Source: Chrysomallon squamiferum (Eukaryota > Animalia > Mollusca). From it: 64,000 nt of DNA. A program made the position numbers and the translations under genes. The DNA lies in assembly GCA_012295275.1 (NCBI GenBank), contig CM022670.1, forward strand, positions 42,160,001 through 42,224,000, in the 5' to 3' direction. The notes under the pieces were generated by a model. That model searched no databases, was not told the DNA's origin, and worked only from the letters and a program-made list of their open reading frames with translations. Below are positions 13,001 through 39,824 of the stretch, one piece after another. Each line of letters opens with the position of its first letter. Positions within the stretch are counted from its first letter, which is position 1.

Positions 13001-14611
13001 TGTGTGTGTGATAAATAGTCTTACTTGAACTGCTTTTATCTATCTACAACAAATAAAATATAATAGTATAAACAAACAAATAAGCAAAATAAATAAATAA
13101 ATAACAATATTTATTAAAATTAAAAAACAAAACAAACAAACACAAACAAATAAATTTACATATAAAACCCTAGAATGTTAACAGAATGTAACCCTGAATT
13201 TTGTGTAAATAACGTATCAATGTAAAACTCCCAGTGTTTCGAGTTAATGCCGTATTACATATAAACTCATTGTATTTAGTGTAAATAACGTATTATATGT
13301 AAACCTCTGTATTTAATGCAAATAACGTATTATATGTAAAATTTTGTATTTAGTGCATATAATGTATTATATAAAAAACTGCATTTAGGAGAATAACATA
13401 TTATATGTAAAACTGTATTTAGTGAGAATAACGTATTATATGTAAAATTTTGTACTTAGTCAGAATAACGTATTATATGTAAAGTATTTTCTGGATGTGA
13501 ATGAGGAATTATATGTGGAACTCGTATTACTGTACATAGCATATATGAAAAAATCACGTATTAAGAACTGCAAGTGTTTGAGAATATTGTTGTTGATGGA
13601 GAGGAGACAGACCAGCGATTATATAATATATATTTATATGCTTATCTTCTGTCATTTTATTTTACGTCTATAACACATACACAGGAACAAAAATATAATC
13701 AAACAATAACAGGAAGTATGTAATATATTTAAAATTCCTAACCATATCTCAGTTCATGCTATTTAAATCCTCTGAGTTTAAATTTGTTTTGCTGTTTAGG
13801 ACAAGAGCAGGAAGCTACGGGGCTAACCAGTCTTCAGCCTCCATGTGCGAGGAAACCGAGGTTGGAAAAGATGACGGAAACATACGAATAACATCGTTTA
13901 TTGTCGACAACGAGAAAGGAAGCGGAAACGGCTGGATCGACACCGAGGCTGCGACCTTACAGAGACGTCCTCAGGCTGGAATGCAGGGATGTATGAATCC
14001 TGCTTTTGTCGACGAAGATGATAATGGAAAGAAAAAGGAGAAGAGTCAATCAAAAGCGAACGATGAAAATTTGTCTTCCAACAGCTCAGAGACGAAAGAG
14101 GAGGACAGCGTAAAGAAAAATGAAAAGCCACAGAGTGTAGCAGAAGACAAACAAAACAAATCAACAGAAGACATTGTGAAACACGACGATCCAATCCCGT
14201 CGACCTCTAGTGCCGAAGAAAACAAAAACGACGGCAACGACTGCAGTCATTCGAGGTGAGCCGTGGTTGGAAACGTATTGTTTATTTTATGTAATGTAAA
14301 TATAAATTAAATAAAAAGTAAGAATTACATTAATTTCTTGAACAGCAGAGAATTAATGTGTTCTAGAACAAACACAATAAGATAGCATAATTTTCGTTAT
14401 ATGTTAAAATAGAAATAATGTTATTACAGCTGTTTCATGCTAGCTGTTTACTGTTTGTAATCAGTTTGAACAAAAACAGATGCTAAAAAAAGTATATCGT
14501 GTTGGATCCTGTGTAAATTAAATTTCAAAGTTTTTTACTTTCAGAAAAAGTTCTAATGACTCGGACCACAGCGACAAAGACAACCGCTCCGATTTAAGTA
14601 CAAACCTTTAG
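70..14611 (+). CDS. Gene 1 (5'-truncated): multi-CUB-domain, SEA-like, single-pass type I membrane protein; 11 exons in window, about 800 aa
   Basis: Exons 70-759, 1127-1236, 2907-3171, 4319-4507, 6507-6680, 7106-7164, 7286-7383, 9078-9240, 10358-10494, 13800-14255, 14545-14611. All are GT-AG with matching phases. CUB motifs (CG...GNITSPGYP...CTWFI...FYSD...RGF), a TM helix, and a stop after STNL. Confidence 0.85.
1127..1236 (+). CDS. Gene 1 exon: N-terminal part of a CUB domain
   Basis: tttcag|AT; DPEFPYRGNSSCGETTTELHGNITSPGYPTKNYNNQQ|gt. This frame differs from the ORF-track call. Confidence 0.8.
1634..2913 (+). repeat. 34-36 bp minisatellite (about 35 copies) whose unit contains the splice acceptor of exon 2907
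   Basis: Unit AAATAAAAACTGTGTATTACAG|GAATGTAAGTATTT; the last copy runs into the exon. Confidence 0.95.
2907..3171 (+). CDS. Gene 1 exon: C-terminal part of a CUB domain
   Basis: ttacag|GAA; ECTWFISAPANAVIKVNIVDFKTEMYDQLRI...WINFYSDDTISDRGFLIQYEI. Confidence 0.85.
4319..4507 (+). CDS. Gene 1 exon: N-terminal part of a CUB domain
   Basis: VCNSS...GEITSVNYPRVYPINSECSWFIRGP...DIEDSRDFLLIGEG|gtaag. Confidence 0.85.
6507..6680 (+). CDS. Gene 1 exon: C-terminal part of a CUB domain
   Basis: tttag|GA; YTGN...SSEVWIHFTSDHMSEEKYRGFRLTYTV; CAG|gtaacc. Confidence 0.85.
7106..7164 (+). CDS. Gene 1 exon: start of SEA-like region
   Basis: ttcag|AT; DEEVDDIFITLHLSNVSIQQ|gtaagt. Confidence 0.75.
7286..7383 (+). 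CDS. Gene 1 exon: SEA-like region
   Basis: ttcag|TTT; FEQYKEAFRKKLASMLSVLCNYKLSCNGYDFY; phase 0 to 2. Confidence 0.75.
9078..9240 (+). CDS. Gene 1 exon: SEA-like / juxtamembrane region
   Basis: ttgcag|G; AEDVVVESGEEEGGQLAVVVRLL...DLQTLDLQ|gt; GC-rich, phase 2 to 0. Confidence 0.75.
9467..9985 (+). repeat. 37-bp minisatellite, about 14 copies
   Basis: AATAAATACCAGCTGTATTATTTACACGTGTGTTTTT. Confidence 0.95.
10358..10494 (+). CDS. Gene 1 exon: transmembrane helix
   Basis: ttacag|CAC; LPEWLIGVIVVVILLIGAFFAMVIYSVV followed by the basic stop-transfer KERRK. Confidence 0.88.
10525..11120. repeat. 16/20-bp GT-rich minisatellite
   Basis: GTGTTGTGTGAGTATGTGTC units; source of several spurious ORFs. 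Confidence 0.9.
13205..13520. repeat. Degenerate tandem repeat of about 40 bp
   Basis: AATAACGTATTATATGTAAAA...TGTATTTAGT recurs about 7 times. Confidence 0.7.
13800..14255 (+). CDS. Gene 1 exon: charged cytoplasmic tail with an NPAF motif
   Basis: tttag|G; TRAGSYGAN...GCMNPAFVDED...DCSHS; AG|gtgag. Confidence 0.8.
14545..14611 (+). CDS. Gene 1 last coding exon, ending ...DLSTNL*
   Basis: tttcag|A; phase 2 matches the previous donor; KSSNDSDHSDKDNRSDLSTNL then TAG. Confidence 0.7.
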
Positions 14612-15637
14612 ATCACGTGACCACCCCTAGAGAAAAATATCTCAGATTTCAGTTCTTTTATCATTTAGCTTTTTACACAGAATTTATTATCAACGTAATA
14701 ATAAAAATACTACAGAGACAGACATAGACACACACACACATAAACTCATTGAAAATATAACAAAAAAAGTATTTTAAAATTGAATTATTCTTCATTTTTT
14801 ATGTGTATATATTACTGGATATATAACAGTAATGAAACTGTTAAACAAATGTTTGTTGTAAAATATCACTAAGTCTTACTGTTCAGTATTACAAAGTGAT
14901 GTGTGAACAAGTACGTGCTGTGTTCTCGTACTGTTAAACTATAATGTGACGTAATACAAGCTTTGCTGTTGTTATGTGGATATGTCATAAAAGGTTTGCT
15001 ATATTGTAATCTAAATTTGTGACGTTATATAAGTCTTTGTTGTAATTTATAAGTAACATATTTATGTAAGTTTTACTGTGTTATAAAGTATGTTTTGCTA
15101 TGACATTATGTAACCATTTGGTGTGTAGCCTTATTTTATATTCAGACATAACATATACAAATCGTCCATTTTGTATAAAAATATAATACACTTTGTGACA
15201 GTTTTTTAAATACCAGCTTTTATCGGCTTTTCATGATTCCTGACTGCAGGGAGAAATCTTATTTTGTATTTACAGTATGGAACCAGTTTTGGTAAAAATA
15301 CAATTATTTATTTTGTGACATATACAAGAACACACATACATACGCATCTTTACACACAAAAATACACAAACACAAAACATTGTCTATGTCCCTTGGTGCA
15401 GGTGTGAAAAATATTTTTTTTATATAAACAGTGTGTTGTCTCAGTGTACAGTAAATGTCATATGACGAATAATTGATTTAATACTGTATGTAATAGTTCT
15501 TAACAAATATGTGTGTTTTGGTATTTGCAAATTATTGTTCTCTGATTTTATGTGTGATAACTGTCACTATAAAATTACATATTTTACACAAAACTTTGTT
15601 TGTTCTCTCTGTTCTTGAAGTGGAAGTAGAACAACGC

Positions 15638-15785
15638 ATTAACTGACACAACACTCACCACTCATTAACTGACTCAACACTCACCACTCATTAACTGACA
15701 CAACACTCACCACTCATTAACTGACACAACACTCACCACTCATTAACTGACACAACACTCACCACTCATTAACTGACACAACACT
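15638..15785. repeat. 26-bp tandem repeat, about 5.5 copies, between convergent genes
   Basis: ATTAACTGACACAACACTCACCACTC. Confidence 0.9.
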
Positions 15786-16398
15786 GATACACAGTGATAC
15801 GTAATACATAAAATAAATAAATAAATAAACAATTTAGTATGTAAGTAAGTTAATAAATAAAAATAAATAAATAAACAATTTAGTATGTAAGTAAGTTAAT
15901 AAATAAAAATAAAGACAAGAAACCATAACCCTGAGGCAATGGAATTCAAATTGTAAAACTTTTTAATTTTAGTAACTGAACGAAGATAACATAAATATGA
16001 ATTTTGTTTAAAATGTTCTAGTACCGAGTACACTTTACAATCACAAATCAAGTAGTGTTTACATTAGTCTCGTCTACAAACTTGGGTAATTGATTACTCT
16101 GTCGCTTGAGAAAATATCACAAAAAAAAGAAGAATAATAATGAAAATATTTTTCACTAATGTAAAATTACTTTTAAATCAGTCATATAAATAAATAAATA
16201 AATAAAACACAGTTAGAATATTAATGCTAATATATGTAATTTGAAAACAGTATGCTGATAAAGACAAAACTCAGTTGAAATGTTTAGTTATATTACAGTA
16301 TCACTGTTATTGTATATGACATCACCGAGTTATTATTGTATGACAGTATTCTACATTACATACTATATGTTACATCTCTTTATTATAATCACAGAGTA

Positions 16399-29716
<13,318 letters not shown>

Positions 29717-30209
29717 TTTCACACCGATTTGAGAAGAAATATTACATCATAAATGAACAAGTCCCAGGAACAGCAGTGGGAGTTTACAAATGTGACACTC
29801 AAGTGTTGTTTTAAAGATAAAACCGCTACTCCAGTGTTCCTCTAGCCGAAATGACGCACTGAACTTTTACGCGTTGCGTTGCCAAGGAGGGCTGTCATGT
29901 TTGCACTGTGGAGTTTAGTATAATCTTCTGTACTCGCCTCGCTGTTAAACTTGCAAACACAGCTTACGCACTGAAGCATTGAAAACATTTGTATTGATCC
30001 GTCGACTGATCGAGGTAACTAAATACTTGTGTAAGACCAGTCATTATTTACTTCATTAAACACACACACTTGTTTTACCAATTACTACGTGTTGTTTACA
30101 TTTGTAGTCTACAAATTAAATTAATATCATTATTTAATATTCTTAGTTATATAATCCACAAATTAAAGCAAGATTATGTCACGTTATTTAGTTATTTATA
30201 TATGTAGCA

Positions 30210-30732
30210 TTAAAACACAATACAATGTATATAATATTAAAATACAACACAATGTGTGTAATATTAAAATAAAACAGTGTATGTAACATAAAATACAACA
30301 CAATGTACGTAATTTAATTACAACACAGTGTGCATAATATTAAAACAACACAGTATGCGTAATATTAAAACACAACACAGTGTGCATAATATTAAAACAC
30401 AACACATTGTGCGTAATATTAGAACACAACACAGTGTACGTAATATTAAAACAACAACACAGTGTACGTAATATTAAAACACAACACAGTGTACGTAATG
30501 TTAAAACACAACACAGTGTACATAATATTAAAACACAACACAGTGTGCGTAATATTAAAACACAACACAGTGTGCGTAATATTAAAACACAACACAGTGT
30601 ACGTAATATTAAAACACAACACAGTGTACATAATATTAAAACACAACAGTGTACGTAATATTAAAACACAACACAGTGTGCGTAATATTAAAACACAACA
30701 CAGTGTGCGTAATATTAAAACATAACACAGTG
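30210..30732. repeat. 27-bp minisatellite, about 19 copies
   Basis: AATATTAAAACACAACACAGTGTACGT. Confidence 0.93.
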
Positions 30733-30933
30733 TAGTGCAGGTGCAAGGTCGTCTTCAGTCCATTGTCAGTGTGATTAATCACTCAGAATTATTTCACATA
30801 TCAGGTTTACCTCAAGTTAACAATAGTGCTGGTGTAATTGAAAGACGTTCAATCTCTGTTAATAATTTATGATATAAAAAATAAATCTACATATTGAGTA
30901 TATTCAGCTTGATCAAACTATTTCATCAAAGCA

Positions 30934-31335
30934 GTAAACTTTACTTATCTCACAAATATTAATTTATTTAATAAACTAATATGTACTAGCAAACACCAAA
31001 ACTTTACTTATCTCACAGATAAACTAGGACGTACTAACATAGAATAAAACTTTACTTATCTCACAAATAAACTAGTACGTACTAACATGAAGTAAAACTT
31101 TACTTATTTAACAAATAAACTAGTACGTACTAACATGAAGTAAAACTTCAATTATCTCACAAATAAACTAGTACGTACTAACATGATGTAAACTTTACTT
31201 ATCTCACAAATAAACTAGTACGTACTAACATGATGTAAACTTTACTTATCTCACAGATAAACTAGTACGTACTAACATGAAGTAAAACTTCACTTATTTC
31301 ACAAATAAATTAGTACGTACTAACATAAAGCAAAC
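30934..31335. repeat. 47-48 bp minisatellite, about 8 copies
   Basis: AAACTTTACTTATCTCACAAATAAACTAGTACGTACTAACATGAAGTA. Confidence 0.9.
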
Positions 31336-31391
31336 GTATTACTGAGCAAAGAAAAAGGTAGCCGTATCAAGCAAACCTAACGTAATCAGAC

Positions 31392-31622
31392 CTAAACAGA
31401 CCTGTCAAGTGTTTCACGTACTGATTACAATTTCTAAACAGACCTGTCAAGTGTTTCACGTACTGATTACAATTTCTAAACAGACTTATATATTATCAAG
31501 TGTTTCACATACTGATTACAATTTCTAAACAGACTTATATATTATCAAGTGTTTCACATACTGATTATAATTTCTAAACAGACTTATATATTATTAAGTG
31601 TTTGACATACTGATTATAATTT
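31392..31622. repeat. Tandem repeat of about 42-49 bp, about 5 copies
   Basis: AAACAGAC...TCAAGTGTTTCACGTACTGATTACAATTTCT. Confidence 0.88.
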
Positions 31623-32435
31623 TAATTCTCATCATGTCAGCATTGTACTGAAGAATTTTATAAATAAGGAAATTAGCAATAAATATTCTTATTTAGTATA
31701 CTAAGCAACGGAACACTGCTAAGCGGAATGTCTACATTTATAACAAGAAAATTTCAATTTATAAAATGTAGTGTTTATATTTACTGGTGAATGTTTTTAT
31801 GAAGAGGCGAGTGGTTAGTATGTTCGTGGTTGATACGCAGGTGCTGTTCAGCCACAGTCGCTGTCTGCGTGACGTGTCGCACGTTGTTGTTGTGTAGACA
31901 GAGTAAACAAGAAAAATAAAATAAATAAATACAAACAAACAAACGAACAAACAAACAATAAATAAATATTTAAAACATAATATAAACAGTTAATAAAATA
32001 TGGCACGTATGTTGTTTTACTGATGTTAGCATAAGGACTGGTTTGTCAAACAAACTGGTATATACTTACCTGAATAAAGGAAGATTTATGTTTTTATTAT
32101 CATTATTATTATTATAATATATAAGTAGGAGTAGTCGTGTCATATATCAACATTAAAGTGAAATTAAATATTTGTCAACAAATAACATTGACTACAGAAA
32201 CATTCAGAGTTATCTCCCTTCAATTATTAGGTAATGATTTAATGTGTTACAGTTCTGTTCCAAGAAATAAAGTGGAAAATGAAAACGTTTTAATTTATGT
32301 CATAAGTACTAATCCAACAAATGATTATTTTAACTTGCAATATTCACTTCTTAAAAAAAAAAAGAATAAAAATAAAAATAGTAATAATGTGATTTTAACC
32401 AAAGAATAATTTGTCATAACAAAAAATGAAAATAA

Positions 32436-32541
<106 letters not shown>

Positions 32542-33773
32542 ATATCTCTTTATCACTGGATATTTGTTTAATAACATATTTTAATATTTCACGTAACAAA
32601 TGCTATATACTTAAATCCACGGTTGGGGCCTAGGTAGAACGGGAAACAGATCACTGGATCGACTCGTCACGTCTGAGCGCCTTTAATTAAAATGGCTGCT
32701 GTGGATGAATTTTGTTCCAGCAGTCACAGCAAACAAAGGACGGAAGACAAACGGTGACAACAAAGGACTAAATTAAAGCTGGTACCACACAGACGGCCTG
32801 TTCACATCTGTTTAATAAACTTTTATCTCCAATCACAGGTGTTACTGCGAGTTTAATGTATGAGTTTCATTTCGAGACTGAAATCAGTCAATAGCTGATA
32901 CGTATTTAAATAATTATGAGTTTCATTTCGAGACTGAAATCAGTCCATAGCTGATACGTATTTAAGTAATTATGACTTTCATGCACGGCATCAGTTAATA
33001 ACTACAGTCAGAGATTTTTTTTTTTCTGAAGTGCGCTTGAGTGTTAGTTGTTTGATTTTGTTTATTTGTATATGAGTGTTTGCATATATGTGTGTGCGTG
33101 TATGGCTACATGTGATTGTGATATATGTGTGTGTGTATATATCTGTATATATTTTTATGTATGTGGATCTGTATATATGTATGTATGTATATCTGTATAT
33201 GTATGTGTGTATATGTGTGTGTGTGTTTTGTGTGTGTGTGTGTGTGTGTGTGTGTATTTGCATATTCTTTCAAGCTGTTTTATAACATGATTACTATTCT
33301 TCTTCGCAGTGGAAGTTTGCTGGGATGAAATTAAAACCTGTATAAAAGAAAATTCAAGTACACAGAGAATCCAATCAGTTTCTTTTAGCTGATTCATCTT
33401 AGTGAAATATTTCAGACAAACGCACACAACTCAGCTTCACACCTCTGTGATAAGGATGATTGGATATTGGTGTCATGTGCTTGACTTTTTTTTTTACGGA
33501 TGACTGCATATCAAGTGGTATATGAAAAGGCGTGGTTTGGGTCTTTAAACAAGTTTATCTAATGATATTTGTATATATATATATAATAAAATATAAAAGC
33601 CTACTGAATTTATGGCCGACACCATTTCATATATGAGGGCATAGGTTAAACTTTTTTTTAATATTTTTTTTTATCTGTTAAAAAATTCACTTGAAGGAAA
33701 CTTTAATGTGACATTATATTTGTTGTTGTTAGTGATACAAATTGTTATTCCTAAGTATATGTGTGTGTGTGTT

Positions 33774-33813
<40 letters not shown>

Positions 33814-34272
33814 TGTACAAATGAAGCAGTGATAAACAGATGTCATCATGCTTCAGTTAAGAGATCGCGGATGTTACTAATAATAACTGATAAAATATTC
33901 AATAAACTAATTACTAGTTTTATGAATTTTTCTGCAAAGCAAGAATGTAACAGACGAAGATGTCAAAACACCGCCAAAAGAAGCCGGCAGTCAGACATAC
34001 AAACAAATATACACACAATCTATTATAAAAAATATATATATTTAATTTAGAATAGATTAACATAATCATAATTAGGTCACTGACCTTAACGAAGATGTAA
34101 CAGTAAGTGTTACGGCAAGTAACCCATTTAACAGGTAACAATATTAATCGATTTGGCTTCGGTACAGAAAATGTCTTAGGTAACAGTGTTTGTACCTAGG
34201 TCGTGAATTTCGTTTTTAGCTAAATTTATATTGGCTATAGTTAATGTTTTTTAAGTGACATATGACGACATC

Positions 34273-34303
<31 letters not shown>

Positions 34304-34579
34304 TAAATACATACACACACACACACATACATACATACATATATACAATCATACAAACAAACATAAATACTGACATCTCAACATCATGTTAAAATATTGT
34401 TTTTGTGCTCATGCTGGATGTCATTTATCTTTCCTGTGTATCACATTTCTCGTAATCAAATTTTAAGCAGCATGGATATAGCCGTGCACGTGTTTACCTA
34501 CATGTACTGTTCTACAGCTTGTTAGTGGTTAACACAGGTCCGAGGACTTTCTTCTCCTCAATGAAGTCGAGCTGTTTGT

Positions 34580-34768
34580 TATATAAGGAGTGAGAAAGGA
34601 AGGTAATGACGTCTAGCAAGTGAAACAGAATAATTACTTTGTTGGTGCGGAAGTGAAGTGTACAGACTTAATATCTGGAAAACATTGACCGAGAATTTCA
34701 TTTATGTTGTGTCCATACGTCAGTCAGTGTGTGATATCTGTCATTGCTGAAAATAATTTAAGGTAAGA
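34580..34768 (+). promoter_or_regulatory. Candidate TATA promoter and non-coding first exon of gene 3
   Basis: TATATAAG at 34580, about 150 nt of non-repetitive sequence, then AAG|GTAAGA donor at 34763. Confidence 0.3.
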
Positions 34769-34811
34769 TTTTTATTAGTGTAAATAAGTATAAAAATAAT
34801 ACATACATACA

Positions 34812-34842
<31 letters not shown>

Positions 34843-35249
34843 GTATATATATATAAATTTTGTCATTATCACAGTCAAAAAAACCAATCATCTTCATATC
34901 AGTTATTTTCTTTTTCACTTTATCATTTTATTTTATTTCAAAATAGTGATAATACTTTTTCCAGTCATATTTTGGGTAAGTAAAGAACGAGTAGTTTCAC
35001 CTTATTATCGATGGTAATTTAAACACTGTTTATTAAACAGAAGTATTTAAAATAAAATGTTATAAGTGTTTACAATAACATTACATTATTCTTGACGCGC
35101 GTTTATAATTTTTTTTTTTTTTTTTTTTTTATAACGCAAGTTAACTAATAATTTAAAATATTATTTATAAAATTATTTATATATATTTATTTGGCATGTT
35201 TAGTCTGCTGTCATTATTGCTTAATCATATATACATATATATATATATT

Positions 35250-35280
<31 letters not shown>

Positions 35281-35774
35281 CCTTATCTGTCAGTCTGTCT
35301 GTATGTCTGTCCATCTACAGCTCCCATCATAAGAAATGTTCAAACTTTTTTATAGATTTAAAATTGGTTTGAACATTTCTATAAGAATAGATATAGACAG
35401 ACAGACATAGAAATATATTGCATACATACACACATACACATATGTACAGACAGACATATATGCATACATACATACATACATACACACATAAATATATATA
35501 TATATGTGTGTGTGTATGCATGTATATATAGATAGATAGATAGATAGATAGACAAATAGACAGATAGACAGACAGACAGACATACAGATAGACAGATAGA
35601 CAGACAGATAGACAGAAATGTACATACATGTCTGTGGAAATGTAGCTGAGTTTATATCATGTGACGGGTATTTGATGGTATAAGAAGTGTGGGATGCGGG
35701 TGGTGGTTTGAGCGAGTGTTTCACGGGTGGTTTGTTAAAAGGAGTATTTAAAACTCAGCGTGGTGTGACTCGTG

Positions 35775-35916
35775 TATAAATAAGAGCTGGTCCAAGCTGA
35801 CATGGGCTGCACAGCACATTGTGTGGACAGCTACTTGCTGTTGTCGTTGCGGACGTCGTACCAAATCGACATATTTTTGAGACGTGTATTAAACAGAGCG
35901 TGACGAGCTGGTAAGT
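35775..35916 (+). promoter_or_regulatory. Candidate TATA promoter and non-coding first exon of gene 3
   Basis: TATAAATA at 35775, GC-richer ~105 nt, consensus donor CTG|GTAAGT at 35911; acceptors at 41301 and 41368 precede the ATG. Confidence 0.4.
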
Positions 35917-36839
35917 AAGTCTTGTTCTACAAATGTGTGATTATTTACTTTCACCATCAGCAGATTAAAAGAAAAACAGAAATAAAACAACAAATGTTTG
36001 TGAAAAAAAATATATCTGTAAAAGAACGAAGAAGAAATCGACAATGTGTGAATTAGTGACTTTTTATGTGCAGAGATCTGTGGTGAATTTATGACGTTTA
36101 ATATAATGTGACGTGGACTGTGATCTGCTGTCGATAAGTCATTAAAATAATATAACGTAGTCGTATCGGTTAGCCTAAACCAGGCCTCTCATATCTATTG
36201 CCAGCAGGTAACAAGTCTGTGCAATAACATAACGTTGTCGTATCGGTTGGCCTAAACCAGGCCTCTCGAACCTATCGTCGGCATATAACAACACACCCTG
36301 ACGTAAAAAACCCACTGAATAGTTTCGGCTGACTGACCAGTAATATAACAGCGTTTTAATCGAGTGTGAATGCCAAACGACGTCACCGGGTTTCCCTGGT
36401 GAGACAGACTGAAGCGAGATGTTAACATTTTACTTATTCACTCGTGAATAAAAATATATCTGCAGTTGAGACGACGTTAGACTGTGAAATACAGTAACGA
36501 ATCATTCACCACTAGCATAGAGCCATATTTGTAGTTTTTTGTTTTAGTTGTAACACAAAGTAATTTAATTTTAAATTATGTATACCTGAATGTGTGTATC
36601 TTGTTTTTAATAATATTTCAATACAACCACTCTTTTAATAACCCGTCAAAACACACACAAATTTCCTTTTATGATAAACATAATTTGGTATGAATCATTC
36701 TTTAGCATTCAATTAACTTAATTAAGATGTTCACAACTTTCTGTATCACATGTTACAGATTCACAACATTTTATTTTACATAACACACATTCACAGCAAG
36801 TTATGAATTAGAGGTTTATAACATTTTATATTTCTTAAT

Positions 36840-37310
36840 ACACTTTCTCATCATTTTGTACACGCATCATACTTTCTCATCATCTTGTACACACATCATA
36901 CTTTCTCATCATCTTGCACATAGATCATACTTTTTCAACATTTCATACATCATACTTTCTCAACATCTTGTACACACATCATACTTTCTCATCATCTTGT
37001 ACATCATACTTTCTCAACATCTTGTACACGCATCATACTTTCTCAATATCTCATACATCATACTTTCTCAATATCTCATACATCATACTTTCTCAACATC
37101 TCATAAATCATAATTTCTCAGCATCTTGCACACACATCACACTTTCTCAGCATCTCATACATCATACTTTCTCAACATATCATACATCATACTTTCTCAA
37201 CATCTCATACATCATACTTTCTCAACATATCATACTCTCTCAACATATCATACATCATACTTTCTCAACATCTCATACATGATACTTTCTCAACCTCTTG
37301 TAGGCACATC
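36840..37310. repeat. 25-32 bp minisatellite
   Basis: CATCATACTTTCTCAACATCTCATA. Confidence 0.88.
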
Positions 37311-37591
37311 ACACTTTTACAAGAGGTTGACGCTCTGTTTGGATGTAGCGAATGAGAGCACAAAGACGAGATGATGAGGAAACATTGATAATTGATGAAT
37401 ACATTTTACTGAAGTGTTCAGTTCTGTTGTGGTTTTAGAAAGAACTCACTGTGGCAAAACTAACATCTCTCTGCAGAATCCCGACAAGAAAACATGCCTC
37501 ATTAAATATTCACGTCAAAACTGATTAGTCTGAAAACTGAATGTAACTGTTATTACACTGTTACTACTACAACAAAAACAATTACTACCAG

Positions 37592-37622
<31 letters not shown>

Positions 37623-38139
37623 CTAATCACTACAACTACTACTGCTGCTGTAACTACTCTCCGGCTACCACTAAACCAACTGGACAGTCGCCCACAGCAC
37701 TGAGAAGTCATTTACTTACCTATAGCGGTAAAATATTTTTATTTATTTCTTTCTTTCATTTTTTTTTTTTTTAATTTTTAATTTTTTTAATTTGTTATCT
37801 AAAACTTATTATTCCAACCAAAAACTTTTCATATGTGATTTCCATTCATAATAAACAGACGTTTCTTTATTGTGAACTGTATACCACACATAGCATCACA
37901 TGTTTTTAAGTGACAGCACATTTGCTCCAAACAGTGCTACTAACATGTTAATACTACTGTGCTTTTCTACTGGCGCTATCGTCTTCATATTGAACGTATT
38001 CTTCCCAATTAAAATAAATTTAGACGTTTTGTGATTTTTTCTTCTTCTTCTTCTTCTTCTTCTTCTTCTACAAAACATGTTTATAAAAATCTAAGTTAAT
38101 GTAGAGAAAGTTGGCTTTGCATAGGCAATGATGCTGCTG

Positions 38140-39150
38140 CTGCTACTACTACTACTACTCTATTAACACCACTACTATCACTACTACTAACACCACTACT
38201 ATCACAACTAGTACTACTACTAACACCACTACTATTACCAATACTACTACTACTAACACCACTACTATACTACTAGTACTACTACTAACACCACTACTAT
38301 ACTACTAGTACTACTACTAACACCACCACTACTACTACTAACATCACTACCATCACTACTACTACTACTAACACCACTACTATACTACTAGTACTACTAC
38401 TAACACCACTACTATACTACTACTACTACTACTAACACCACTACTATCACTACTAGTACTACTACTAACACCACTACTATCACTACTACTACTACTAACA
38501 CCACTACTATCACTACTAGTACTACTAGTAACACCACTACTATCACTACTAGTACTACTACTAACACCACTACTATCACTACTAGTACTACTACTAACAC
38601 CACTACTATCACTACTAGTACTACTACTAACACCACTACTATCACTACTAGTACTACTACTAACACCACTACTATACTACTACTACTACTAACACCACTA
38701 CTATCACTACTAGTACTACTACTAACACCACTACTATCACTACTAGTACTACTACTAACACCACTACTATCACTACTAGTACTACTACTAATACCACTCC
38801 TATACTACTACTACTAGTACTACTACTAACACCACTACTATCACTACTAGTACTACTACTAACACCATTACTATACTACTACTACTACTACTAAAACCAC
38901 TACTATCACTACTAGTAGTACTACTAACACCACTACTATACTACTACTACTAACACCACTACTATCACTACTAGTACTACTACTAACACCACTACTATCA
39001 CTACTAGTACTACTACTAACACCACTACTATTACCACTACTACTACTACCATGACGACTACGACTACTATTACTGTTATTACTGCTCATATCACTGCTTC
39101 TCCTCCACCTCTTTCTACTACTACTACTATCACAACTACTACTACTTCTA
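38140..39150. repeat. (ACT)n-derived higher-order repeat
   Basis: ACTACTAACACCACTACTATCACTACTAGT units. Confidence 0.93.
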
Positions 39151-39785
39151 CTGATAGCAGTAGTTGTACCAATTAATGAAGATATAATTACCTGAAAAAT
39201 ATCAAAGTAACTAAACAACTTTAATGATGATTGTTATTAACATTTACCAAAATCTGTTGACCAGCTTGTTTCATTTCACTGAACACAGACGTGCAAACTG
39301 GATACTGTTACTCTCTGAAAATAACTAGTGCTCCTGTTTATGATGTTAATTAAAATATTATTATCATTTCCTAACCTGTTGTATTTTAAGGTTTTAATTT
39401 CACCATTCAGTGTCATACGGTATTTTTTATTTTATTTTATATTATTTTTTTTATTTTTTATTTTATGTCTGAACTTTGTGTCCTGTTTGTGTAATGAACA
39501 CTGTAACGACCTGACAGTTTGAACTGGAAGCACTAATTTCACTTAAGAACAGGTGACCTGCGATAATAATCACGTGACCTATCCAGAGATTTCTCTGTTT
39601 TATTGTTTTCAAAGGTTATACTTCATTTTGATTGCACGTTTGATTTCAGTATTTTTATTGATTGGTATTCAACACCTGTTCTTTTACATTTCTCCCAAGC
39701 GAATTAAAAAATAAGGTTAACAGAAAAAAAAAATATATATATAATAATAAAAATAAAATTCATGATTTTTATTTATTTATTTATT

Positions 39786-39824
<39 letters not shown>

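Noticed and set aside
32062-32072. ATACTTACCTG, identical to the 5' end of U1 snRNA
   Set aside because: No U1 body follows. It is just a perfect donor (CAG|GTAAGTAT) on the minus strand, at most an unsupported UTR exon of gene 2.
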